Source of the DNA: Methanobacteriota archaeon
GTDB taxonomy: Archaea; Thermoplasmatota; Poseidoniia; Poseidoniales; Thalassarchaeaceae
Assembly (NCBI GenBank): GCA_002726275.1
Contig: PBSO01000008.1
Span: 20,673 to 69,132 of the forward strand
DNA: 48,460 nucleotides
Reading direction: 5' to 3'
Below are positions 8,950-18,700 of the stretch, piece after piece. A program made the position numbers and the translations under genes. The first letter of the stretch is position 1. Each line of letters begins with the position of its first letter. The notes beneath the pieces are model-generated. The model did no database searches, was not told the DNA's origin, and saw nothing but the letters and a program-made list of their open reading frames with translations.

Positions 8950-9542
8950 ATAGGGCCTAGAACAAGTCTGGGATCGGGATAGTCCCTGAGTGCCTGCTCC
9001 CTGTCTTCCGGACTTACCACTCCCGGCATGTCATGCGTATCCGGCTCAATGAGAGAGAGCTGGAAATGAAGGTGGGAGTCCCATCCTCCATTCTCATGCT
9101 TGTCGCCCATCCAGCATATCACCTCTCCCTTGACTATCTTCTGCCCCACCTCTTTGTCTGAAACAGACTCGGCGCTAAGGTGTCCGTACAATGCCCAAAC
9201 CGCAGACCCTCCGATGTCGTGCTTGGTGATTATGACATACCCATAGTCGCCATCGGCCGGATTGTAGCCGAAGTGAGATATCTCGCCCTCTCTGAAAGCC
9301 ATGCAAGGAGTTCCCACTGGCGCTCCTATGTCTATGCCGATGTGAAGGAACCTGCCATCAGAGAAAAGGTCAGTGGAATACATTCCTGGGCGCAATTCAT
9401 CATATCTTCCAATATCATATTCATACTTAGATGGAACATAGTCACCAGTAGTGAAATCCCTTACCTCGTACTCATCAGGAAGGTGGACTACGGGGTGATA
9501 ATCACAGACTCCCCAGTCAACCATGCCCAATCCAAAGGGCAT
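8943..9542 (-). CDS. Peptidase M23 (LytM-type) family protein with no signal peptide
   Basis: HIGIDIGAPVGTP (HxxxD) and DSHLHFQL (HxH) metal-binding motifs. 199 aa. Its stop overlaps the convergent isomerase stop by 7 nt. Confidence 0.75.
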   Translation of the reverse strand: MPFGLGMVDWGVCDYHPVVHLPDEYEVRDFTTGDYVPSKYEYDIGRYDELRPGMYSTDLFSDGRFLHIGIDIGAPVGTPCMAFREGEISHFGYNPADGDYGYVIITKHDIGGSAVWALYGHLSAESVSDKEVGQKIVKGEVICWMGDKHENGGWDSHLHFQLSLIEPDTHDMPGVVSPEDREQALRDYPDPRLVLGPIY

Positions 9543-9569
9543 GATGATTTCATGACTACTGTTTCTGGC

Positions 9570-10565
9570 TCAATCAGAATCTTCGCCAATCGACTTGTCA
9601 ATAGAGGATAGGCCATCTATCTCAGAACTCAGTTTCTCCTTTAGGACAGTTACCTCGTCCCTCTTGCCAACAGCGTTCTTCAGGTGGTTACTGAGCTTCT
9701 GGTATTCCTCGTCAAACTCACCAAAACTCTTCTTTATTCTGAGATGGGCATCGAGAATCTCGTTATGCAAACTAGTCATGTTCTGGGCCATCCTGACGAT
9801 CTCGAGCATGTGCATGTTGGCCATCAGGTTAACGGGAGAGCATATCACGACACCCTCTGAGGCGGCCCAACGAACAGTAGCCGACTCGTTTTCTATGAGG
9901 TATTCGTAAACTCCCATCGATGGAATGTACATGTAAGCTACTTCATGGGTGCCCTTTCCAGGTTGCACGTAGTCGGACTTTATTTTGTTAACATGGTTCT
10001 TGACGTCATTTCTGAATGTTGTTTGCAGCTTCTTCACTGTTTCAACTTGGGATGCGGGGGTGTCCTGTATTTTGTTGTAGGAGTCATACACGAACTTCGA
10101 GTCCACAATCAATATCTTTCCATCGGGCGTTCTGATGTGTGCATCCGGCTTAAGATTCCCCAGCTCCTTGACTTCGGAACGAATGCTAACGTGGGGAAAG
10201 GTCTCTCGCAGCTCCTCCTCGAGGTGCCATTCCCCCCATGCCGCTCTCCTGCTCTTGGTAGCCACCATCTGATTGAACTTCCTCGTGGCTTCAGTCATAT
10301 CCCTGGATAAGTCAGTGAAGGCCCCGATTCTCTCGGAAAACCCTCCTTCTCCAGTAAAACTAGCACCCAAGGCCGTCTGCATTTCTTCAGTATTGGGTAT
10401 TTTCAGGGCCTGGGCAATATCCGTAGTAGTTGGAAATTTCAACGCCTGCCCAATCTCTATTGCAGTGGGTGGATCTTTCCGTTCCCTCAGCATCATCAGA
10501 TTTGCGAACATTAGTATGATGATAATGACGATTCCCGCCAATACCATGGCCATCTCAGCCTCCAT
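9570..10565 (-). CDS. rmuC: DNA recombination protein RmuC family, N-terminal membrane anchor
   Basis: ORF 9570..10613 begins with TTG; the first ATG is at 10565 (MEAEMAMVLAGIVIIIILMF...). Coiled-coil region, then a nuclease-like core PDAHIRTPDGKILIVDSKF...AYMYIPSMGVYEY typical of RmuC. Confidence 0.75.
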   Translation of the reverse strand: MEAEMAMVLAGIVIIIILMFANLMMLRERKDPPTAIEIGQALKFPTTTDIAQALKIPNTEEMQTALGASFTGEGGFSERIGAFTDLSRDMTEATRKFNQMVATKSRRAAWGEWHLEEELRETFPHVSIRSEVKELGNLKPDAHIRTPDGKILIVDSKFVYDSYNKIQDTPASQVETVKKLQTTFRNDVKNHVNKIKSDYVQPGKGTHEVAYMYIPSMGVYEYLIENESATVRWAASEGVVICSPVNLMANMHMLEIVRMAQNMTSLHNEILDAHLRIKKSFGEFDEEYQKLSNHLKNAVGKRDEVTVLKEKLSSEIDGLSSIDKSIGEDSD

Positions 10566-10646
10566 GAAAACAATAGCAATATCGGGAGTACTTGAACCTA
10601 GAGGAGGTTCCAAGACGGATGCAATTAGGTACTGGCAACTATCGCC

Positions 10647-11789
10647 ATGGTTTGTATGGCTACGCTGGGAAGGGTTCGATGCGCCATATTAGGTTCACGC
10701 GGCTTGGTCGCTCAGAGACTATTGCAGAGACTCGCAAATCATAGTTGGCTGCATCCAGTAGCGGTAATCGGCTCTCCCTCAACATCAGGCATGAGGCTCT
10801 GCGACTTGCCTTGGTCCCCCGAAGAGCAGAGCCCCGAGCTCCCTGAAATAACAGTCAGGGAAATTGGGGATCCCCAGGAACTGGCACAGAGACTCTTATC
10901 AGAGGGCATTAGGATAGTATTCTCCGCACTCCCTGAAGAACCCGCAGCCATCGTCGAAGAGGCTCTCGCAAGTGCTGGACTGGTCGTTATTAGCCACTCC
11001 ATTATTCATAGGTTGGAGGGGCATATCCCATTGATCGTACCAGAGGTCAATGCGAACCACCTCGAACTTCTCGTTCACCAGAACCAATACGAGGGGGGGA
11101 AAATAGTCTCGTGTAGTGGCTGCATGACGGTGCCTCTGGCAATCACTCTCTCGCCCCTCGACACGAAAATAGGAATTGACAGGGTGAGAATTTCCACGGA
11201 GCAATCTCTTTCCGGAGGGGGGAGGGGCATGTTGGCCGAGAGTAGGTCGGGCACCATTTTCTCTGGCGAGATAGATGGCGAGTCGGGCAGTGTAATCGAT
11301 GAACTGCTCAGGATTCTCGGAAAGGTGGATTCGCTCGACGTCACTAGTTCTGAGATTGACATTGAAGCAAGTTGCCAGAGGGTCAACAGGGAATACGGGC
11401 ACTTGGCTAGGGTTGAGGTGTTACTTCAAAGAGAAGTCAGTGCCCACGAGGTAATCAGAACTTGGACCGGCTTCAAGTCTAGGGCCCAGGAACTAGACCT
11501 CCCCTCAGCATGCCTCGAACCAATCCACTTTGTCAAGAACCCCGGCGATGTCGAGGAAGCAAGATGGGTTGGGGGACGCAGCCGCTCACCAAGCGAGGAC
11601 CTCCGTGCTGCCATGGCAGTAGCGGTGGGGGACATACAAGTCTCCGGAAGAAATCTGACTTACACAACTGTAGCAGATAATACAATCAGAGGGGCTGCAG
11701 GTTATAGCGTACTAATCGCTGAATTAATGCTTGCAGAGGGCATTATTCATGACTCAAACCACCTCTTGTCCAATATCCAGAATCAATAG
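10647..11789 (+). CDS. asd: Aspartate-semialdehyde dehydrogenase (archaeal type)
   Basis: N-terminal Rossmann ILGSRGLVAQRLLQRL, active-site Cys region IVSCSGCMTVPLA, C-terminal DNTIRGAAGYSVLIAEL. A related malonyl-CoA-reductase-type activity cannot be excluded from sequence alone. Confidence 0.75.
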   Translation: MVCMATLGRVRCAILGSRGLVAQRLLQRLANHSWLHPVAVIGSPSTSGMRLCDLPWSPEEQSPELPEITVREIGDPQELAQRLLSEGIRIVFSALPEEPAAIVEEALASAGLVVISHSIIHRLEGHIPLIVPEVNANHLELLVHQNQYEGGKIVSCSGCMTVPLAITLSPLDTKIGIDRVRISTEQSLSGGGRGMLAESRSGTIFSGEIDGESGSVIDELLRILGKVDSLDVTSSEIDIEASCQRVNREYGHLARVEVLLQREVSAHEVIRTWTGFKSRAQELDLPSACLEPIHFVKNPGDVEEARWVGGRSRSPSEDLRAAMAVAVGDIQVSGRNLTYTTVADNTIRGAAGYSVLIAELMLAEGIIHDSNHLLSNIQNQ

Positions 11790-11831
11790 TCGAGATGCAG
11801 TAGTTCAATCACCTGATTGCCATCCGGGGGC

Positions 11832-12446
11832 ATGCGCTTGCGACAGTTGGCCATGCTGCTCTCCAAGTTGGAGGCATGCGAGAGTAGGAATCTCGAACTG
11901 GAGCAATACCCAACTTCAGGAGAACTCGCTGCTAGATGGTTGTCCGATATCGTGGCTTTTGGGGATCTCGCGGAGGGGTGCACGGTGGCCGACCTCGGCT
12001 CGGGTAACGGGATACTGGGAATTGGTGCCCTTCACCTCGGTGCTAGCAGAGCAATAATGATCGATTCAGACGTCGAATGCTGCGAGGTCTCCAAAAGAAA
12101 CATCAGAACAATCGACGACCCCAAGTTCTGTGATGTTTTCGAGTCTGACATAGCTTCACAAGAACTCAATATCGGACCCGTCGACCTTGTAATTTCCAAT
12201 CCTCCATGGGGAAGGCAGAAAGAGGGTGCCGATGCACCATTCCTGGACTTTATTGAATCAATAGGTGCTGTCTCTCACCTGATGCACAGCGCCAACTCCA
12301 AGCACATTCGTCCAAGGTTCGAGAAGGCAGGTTGGCATGTCGAGATGTATGGTGAAGCAGACTTTGCCATTCCTGCTGCATTTGACCACCATCGCAGCTC
12401 TAGAGGGGCAACCAGAGCTGGATTTTGGAGACTTACTCCGCCATAG
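11832..12446 (+). CDS. SAM-dependent N6-adenine-type methyltransferase (COG2263 / METTL5-like predicted RNA methylase)
   Basis: ORF 11817..12446, first ATG at 11832. LEQYPTSGELAA, SAM motif I DLGSGNGILGIGA, catalytic VISNPPWG. Confidence 0.75.
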   Translation: MRLRQLAMLLSKLEACESRNLELEQYPTSGELAARWLSDIVAFGDLAEGCTVADLGSGNGILGIGALHLGASRAIMIDSDVECCEVSKRNIRTIDDPKFCDVFESDIASQELNIGPVDLVISNPPWGRQKEGADAPFLDFIESIGAVSHLMHSANSKHIRPRFEKAGWHVEMYGEADFAIPAAFDHHRSSRGATRAGFWRLTPP

Positions 12447-12489
12447 GCCGTCCGTACCGTTGATAGGGGGTTGGCTGGTGGCCCGGCCG

Positions 12490-13800
12490 ATGACAGCTAG
12501 CGCTGGTGACTTCGTAACTCCTGGAACACCCGTGGAGATTCCCGATGGCACGGAAGCCGGAAACGGTCTTACAGAGTCAAGAGAGGGCTTTGTCGCAGTA
12601 GTTCACGGAAGGCTCGTAATGGGCGACGGGGGGATCTCAGTCGACTCATCGAGACTCCCAATAAATTCACCAGAAGTGGGCGACATCGTAATTGGCGAAG
12701 TCAACAGACTCAATGAGAATGTTGCCGAAATAAGAATACTACACGTTGAGAGCAGGGAAGGCGGACATAGGAGCCTTCCAGCAATGAAACTCTTCGCAGA
12801 CATTCACGTTTCGGAGGTAGTTGACAGATTCACCCCCTCTCCAGGGGATGCGATGAGGATGCGAGACATCGTTAGGGCCAAGATCATCAAATCTGACCCA
12901 ATCCTCAAGGCTTCAACCAAAGGAAACAGCAAGCTAGGGGTACTTTCCGCACTTTGCACCCAATGCGGTGAAGACCTAGTTGCATCCGACGAGAAAGTTG
13001 ACTTCAACGTCAAGTGCAACAATTGCGACTATTCGGCCTACCGGGTCCTCTCGGATGGATTCGGGCATGGTCACGAAATCAGGTCAAAGAAATCTGAACT
13101 AAATAGATCAGGCGAGAGATGGTCACCTGAGGCAGAGGCCGGGCTCGGACATGACGGTGCCAGACCGTACCTCTCACCACTGGCCGATTTCAGGAGAGGT
13201 GCGAATCACGAGATGCCGGCCAGCGCTAAGGCAACGCGCGGAGGAAGAGGCGGCGGTCGCGGAGGAAGAGGCGGCGGTCGCGGAGGACAAGGCGGTCCAA
13301 GGAGGGAAATGCACAAGGCCGTATGCACCCTTTGCGGGTGTGATACGCAGGTACCATTCGAACCAACCCCGGGGAAGCCAATCCGCTGCCGAGATTGCAT
13401 GGATAAGGTCAAGGACGGCAGAGCCAGTAAGGAGGAACTTGCCAAGGAAAGGGAGACGATGAACGAGATGAGGGCCAAGGCACAGGCCACCATGGGAACC
13501 AAACTCTTCGTCGGCAGACTCTCCTATGACACAACCGAAGACGAACTTGTTGAGGCATTCTCCGCTCTCGGCAAGGTAAAGTCGGTTCAGGTTGCCATGG
13601 ACAGGGACTCGGGGCGCTCCAAGGGATTCGCATTCGTAACATTCTCTAACAGGGAAGAGGGACTTGCTGCTGCCAAGAAGATGAATGGGGCGGAAATGGG
13701 CGGGAGAAAAATCGTCGTAGAGGAGTCCAAACCATCTGGCGGAGGTCGCAAGGGCGGCGAGAGAAGGGGCCGTGGAGACCGAAACCGGTCGAAGCGGTGA
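12490..13800 (+). CDS. csl4: Exosome cap protein Csl4 fused to RGG box, second zinc ribbon and a C-terminal RRM domain
   Basis: ORF 12337..13800; ATG 12490 lies just after the methylase stop. Csl4 layout: GDFVTPGTPV N-domain, S1 (GDIVIGEVNRLNENVAEIRI...IHVSEV...DIVRAKII), C4 ribbon CTQCG...CNNC. Then RGGRGGGRGGRGGGRGGQGG, CTLCGCDTQVPFEPTPGKPIRCRDC, RRM with RNP2 LFVGRL and RNP1 KGFAFVTF (about 13511..13733), and an RG-rich tail. Confidence 0.8.
   Translation: MTASAGDFVTPGTPVEIPDGTEAGNGLTESREGFVAVVHGRLVMGDGGISVDSSRLPINSPEVGDIVIGEVNRLNENVAEIRILHVESREGGHRSLPAMKLFADIHVSEVVDRFTPSPGDAMRMRDIVRAKIIKSDPILKASTKGNSKLGVLSALCTQCGEDLVASDEKVDFNVKCNNCDYSAYRVLSDGFGHGHEIRSKKSELNRSGERWSPEAEAGLGHDGARPYLSPLADFRRGANHEMPASAKATRGGRGGGRGGRGGGRGGQGGPRREMHKAVCTLCGCDTQVPFEPTPGKPIRCRDCMDKVKDGRASKEELAKERETMNEMRAKAQATMGTKLFVGRLSYDTTEDELVEAFSALGKVKSVQVAMDRDSGRSKGFAFVTFSNREEGLAAAKKMNGAEMGGRKIVVEESKPSGGGRKGGERRGRGDRNRSKR
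13237..13288 (+). repeat. Perfect 21-nt tandem repeat (about 2.4 copies) encoding the RGG box
   Basis: cgcggaggaagaggcggcggt at 13237..13257 and 13258..13278. A third partial copy diverges at 13288. Confidence 0.9.
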
Positions 13801-15616
13801 AGGCCTGTTGACATCTCAGAGGCACGTGGAAGCTCTCGAAGGGTGGCTGGTCCTAGATGGATATGAGGACGAGCCTGCAGCCTTCGGAGTGCCAAATTAC
13901 GTTGGTTTCCACATTAGGTATATTTGCGGCGTCCTAGAGAGTAGAGGAATCCAATACACGTACATGACAGTAGACGAGTGGAGGCTCCGATTCAAGTCGA
14001 GACTATCCGATCCGGGCGAGAGGGACTCGATCAGGAATGAGCTAGGGGGGCTGTCCGGGGCGGTATTGTTGGCCGGAGCAGTAGTCCCCGGTAAATATGT
14101 GAGAGGAACTCCCATCAGCCTACGTGAGACTAACTCCTTCCTGTCGTCCATCCCTGCAAATATCCCAGTTCTTTGCGGAGGATGGGCAATAAGGCATTGG
14201 AGGGGGGATGGCTGGACTCCATTACGACAAAATCTATTCATCACAGTCCAGGACACTGATGCGACTCTCGAATACCACCTTTCTACGGGAACTTGGTCCA
14301 ATAGGCGCAGAACTCCGGAACAGTGGTCAAAGTGGGCGCTTCTCGGCGCTTCTTCTAAGGCCGTAACTCAACATCCGGACCTAGTTTCACCAACCGGCGA
14401 CCGAGGGCCATTGATGTACGAGGTCGAACTCTATCAGGGATGTGTCCGATTCAAGCGTGGTTGTAAATTCTGTATCGAGCCCAAGAAGGGCTTACCACTG
14501 TGGAGGTCAGAGGGTGACGTTATTGATGAGATAACCATGGCGATAGACTCGGGCGTAAGGAATGTGAGAGTAGGTGGGGCGACGGACATCTACACGTATC
14601 GCGCAGACGGAGTCGAAGACCTCGAATATCCGATACCCAATCCCGAGCCAATATCACGAGTCCTCAGTGAAATAAGGGAGGACGAGAGGCTGGAGATCCT
14701 ACACGTGGACAATGCAAACCCCTCAATTATCGCTGAGAATATCGAACCCTCGACCGAGATAACCAAATCGCTCGTGGAAAACCTCTCCGATGGTGCCGTG
14801 TTATCATTCGGACTGGAATCAGCAGATCCTGAAGTGCATGAAAAAAACTGGCTCAATTGCAACACCGATCAGCTAATTACTGCCATCAGGCACATTAACG
14901 AGTTCGGAACTTCGAGGGGGCCAAGGGGACTGCCACATTTGCTCCCGGGTCTAAATTTCATCGCAGGACTGAAGGGAGAAACGGATGATTCCTATGGGAT
15001 GAACATGGACCTGCTGAGGAGAATAAAGTCACAGGGGCTATTGCTCAGGAGGATCAACATCAGACAAGTTGAGGGCAGGGGTTTCCAGGAAGTAAGTGAG
15101 CCCGCATTCAGGAACTTCAAGAGGGAGGTGAGAGATGATATCGATCAGCCAATGCTCGAGGAGATGCTCCCCATTGGAACCTTATTGAAGGGTGTCTGGT
15201 GGGAGTCCAACGGGAATAGGATAAGGCTCCCCGAGCACGTCACAGACCCCAAGCACAGGGACCCCTCAATACACGGCTCATCAGGAGTCTCTTTCGGGAG
15301 GCAGATGGGGGCCTATCCAATTCTAGTCGGCGTCCCTTACCTAATCCCTCTGGAAACCAGCTCCGACGTCATCGTCACAGGGCATGGAAAGAGGAGCATT
15401 TCGGCTGTCGAATCCGGTCTTGATTTCAGAAATGTCACTCAACAGCAACTAGAGGCGATTCCCGGAATCGGTCGTAAGGGGGCGTGGAGGTTGATTAGCC
15501 ACCGCGCCAAATCAGCTAGTAAGGGGATTTCTGACGAGGCATTAGATTCGGTGTTCGAGAAGTCTGGAGTTCCCCTTCCCCCTCTCGCAAGAGGGGTCCT
15601 AAGTAGTGATGCATGA
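13772..15616 (+). CDS. YgiQ/UPF0313-like radical SAM protein with C-terminal helix-hairpin-helix
   Basis: 614-aa ORF; GTG 13772 overlaps the csl4-RRM end by 29 nt (alternatives TTG about 13808, GTG about 13823). N-terminal LVLDGYEDEPAAFGVPNYVGFHIRYICGVLESRG resembles the YgiQ N-domain. Cys cluster GCVRFKRGCKFC. C-terminal QQLEAIPGIGRKGAWRLI looks like HhH. Confidence 0.7.
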   Translation: METETGRSGEGLLTSQRHVEALEGWLVLDGYEDEPAAFGVPNYVGFHIRYICGVLESRGIQYTYMTVDEWRLRFKSRLSDPGERDSIRNELGGLSGAVLLAGAVVPGKYVRGTPISLRETNSFLSSIPANIPVLCGGWAIRHWRGDGWTPLRQNLFITVQDTDATLEYHLSTGTWSNRRRTPEQWSKWALLGASSKAVTQHPDLVSPTGDRGPLMYEVELYQGCVRFKRGCKFCIEPKKGLPLWRSEGDVIDEITMAIDSGVRNVRVGGATDIYTYRADGVEDLEYPIPNPEPISRVLSEIREDERLEILHVDNANPSIIAENIEPSTEITKSLVENLSDGAVLSFGLESADPEVHEKNWLNCNTDQLITAIRHINEFGTSRGPRGLPHLLPGLNFIAGLKGETDDSYGMNMDLLRRIKSQGLLLRRINIRQVEGRGFQEVSEPAFRNFKREVRDDIDQPMLEEMLPIGTLLKGVWWESNGNRIRLPEHVTDPKHRDPSIHGSSGVSFGRQMGAYPILVGVPYLIPLETSSDVIVTGHGKRSISAVESGLDFRNVTQQQLEAIPGIGRKGAWRLISHRAKSASKGISDEALDSVFEKSGVPLPPLARGVLSSDA

Positions 15617-15735
15617 GTATGCGAGTCGTAGGAATAGTCATATTGCCAACAGAAGCGCTATGCTAGATGTTACAGAGGCCATCGGACCAGTCCGACAAAC
15701 CTCTTTGGTGGAGCCAGTACAGGAATTGATGACTT

Positions 15736-18700
15736 ATGATGGACGGGAGTAGTAAGAAAACCAGAATCGGAATCGCATTGTTTCTGTTTTCCATAATGCT
15801 CGTCTCAGTCCCAGATACTGCCTTTGCATACAGCAGTGGTAAAACTGGGAGCTCGTCAAATGGTTGTGGAGGGGGCGGCTGCCACTCGAGCACGTCAACA
15901 GTCACTCCTACTCTGACAGGACTCCCTAGCTCTGGATACGCCCCCGACTCAACATACTCCCTTTCTATAGGGGGCTCTGGCGGTTCATCTGGTTCCAGTG
16001 GGGGCTTCAATCTTGATTCAAACATTGGTACATTCTCAAACGCAGGATCTAATGCGAAACTTCAGTCGGGCGAAGTTACACACTCGAACTCAAACTCAAG
16101 GTCATGGACAGTTGATTGGACCGCTCCGTCTACTGGTGCGGGTTCGGCCATTTTCTATCTCGCCGTCAACTTCGTAGATGGCAATGGTGGGACATCCGGA
16201 GACTCATGGGGGACTGACTCGTGGTCAATCTCCGAGGCCACATCAAGTACTAATCAGACTAACTCAACCATTGGGCCGAACCAACCAGGTTCGGACAGAG
16301 GCTCAGTTTTCAGCAACTCGATATTAGATCTAGACTCAGGTTCACCGACCTTAGTCATGTCAAATGGGTCACTTGTCACATTCTCAACCATAACAACAAA
16401 CGGCTCAACTAGTAGCATTGCAGACTTCACTGAAGATGAGGTCATTTCTAACGCGGGGCAATGCGCTATCTTGCAGAACAGGACCTTGAGATGCAGGGGG
16501 ATGAACAACTATGGCCAACTAGGGCTGGGCAGTACTCTGCTGACAAATGGTACCGTAGAATTCGGCAGCAATATCCCCGTCGCAGTTTCAAACGGCAATA
16601 CTCACGCCTGTGCAATACTGGATGACGCATCTGTCAAATGCTGGGGCAGGAATAATCACGGGCAACTGGGTGATGGAAGCTACTCCAATAGGAACTCCCC
16701 TGTTGATGTCAATCTGGGAGTGAACAGGACGGCTGTTTCCATCTCAGCCGGCAACGACTTCACCTGCGCTTTGCTCAACACTGGTGACGTGAAATGCTGG
16801 GGCTACAATGGATTTGGAACTCTGGCGGATGGTTCAACTTCCGATAGCAACACCCCCGTGCCTGCAAACCACTCCACGGGGATGAGAGCTGTTTCGTTGG
16901 CCACACCGGGATACAGTGTCTGCTCGATTTTCGAGAACGGTTCTGTGTACTGCTGGGGGAGGACTTACACAACCTCGGCCGAGAACGGAGCGGTGACCAA
17001 TGGTTCAGTAAACGTTCCATTCCCTGATGGAAGGTCGGCTGTTTCGATCGACGGAACATACTGGCACACATGCGCAATTCTAGACAACGGCTCCATGAAT
17101 TGCTGGGGACTAAACACGCATGGGCAGTGGGGGGATGGCAGCTGCAGCTCCTCCATTTCCAGCAGTGGATGTACTGGTGAGGATGGCAATGCTCCAGTCC
17201 ATGTCAGTATTGCTGGTCCAGTATTGGCAATCGCGACCGGAGAGGAGTCTACATGCGCAATAGTTCAGAACTACAGCTTAGCTTGCTGGGGAGGACAAAG
17301 TGGGGAACTCGATGGAACTGGCGACGACCTCCTTCTCCCACACTGGATGAATTTCAACGGTGGTGCAGATTTGGCGTTCTCCGATCAGGATCACGATGGC
17401 GATGGAGTGTGGAACGACTTGGACACCCATATGGCAGGGGACGAGGATGGCGATGGGGTGCCAACTCCGTCCGATCCTTACCCATCTAATCCAGCTAGGT
17501 GGTTGGATTGCCCAGACGGGCAATGGGGGAGGCTGACATGCCATGACTCCCCGGCTGGACACTTCTCCCTGTCCGGTTCACTATACTACAATGAGTGCAC
17601 CGCCGGATCTTACCAGCCAGATTCTGGACAGAATGCATGCCATCTTGCATCAGCTGGTAATTATGTTGAATCATCGGCTTCCGCAACTCAGACTCAATGT
17701 TCATCTGGAACTTATCAGGGAGGGGTGGGACAAACCGGTTGTATCGATACTTCCCCTGGAAACTGGAGCCAAGGTTCTGGAGGTTACGGCGAAGCTCCAG
17801 ACTTTTCAGGCAACGCCCTGCCTAGGGTGAATCTCTCAGACAGGAGCGCCACATATCTGGGAGAGTTGAACGCAGGCCAAAATCCAGCCGATCACGGTGA
17901 CTTTTTCGCTATAGAAGTCCCTCGTAGCAGCGGTGTTTCATTGGCCCTCACTAGTCCCAGCGGTGCGAACTTCGACATCTCGATATACAACTCATCGTTG
18001 TCACTTATGACTTCGAGCAACTCTTCATCTGGGTATGATGAGGTTTCGACCAACTCAACTGGATTCTCGGGCGACTCTATCGTCTTCATTCACGTGAATA
18101 GGACCTCCGGAAACGGATCCTACGAGATGGTACTCTGGCTATTCTCAACAGATGACGGAAGCCTCGTTGGCAACTCCTCATTCCAGATTCCCGCGGAGAT
18201 CGGCGTCCGGCAATACCAGTGCTATCCTGGATCATACCAGCCAGGGTCTAGGCAATCAAGCTGCTTGGGCGCATCAGCCGGGAACTACGTCCCAACAAGC
18301 GGGTCTTCCTCTCAACTACAGTGTGAGCCCGGGACATATCAGCCGATGTACGGCCAAACTTCGTGCATAGAGGCATCAGCCGGGAACTACGTCCCATCAA
18401 GTGGGGCCTCCACTCAGACGCCAGCCTCTGCAGGATATTACGTACCGACCAACGGCTCCACTAGTCAGATTGCTTGTTTAGAGGGGACTTATCAAAACTC
18501 CACCGGACAGGCTTCTTGCATAGTCGCTGACGCAGGTTACTATGTTCCATCCAACGGATCCAGTGCCCAGACTCCCTGCTCTCCCGGGACATATCAGCCG
18601 TCCAACGGGTCCTCCTCGTGCTTGGAAGCTGACGCGGGACACTTCGTCTCCAACTCCTCCTCAACTAGTCAGGACGAATGCCCCCCTGGTAAATATCAGC

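Noticed and set aside
15617-15735. 119-nt spacer upstream of the giant gene as a regulatory RNA or promoter
   Set aside because: There is no convincing TATA-like element within 40 nt of the ATG and no notable secondary structure beyond 4-bp palindromes. I cannot support a feature call.
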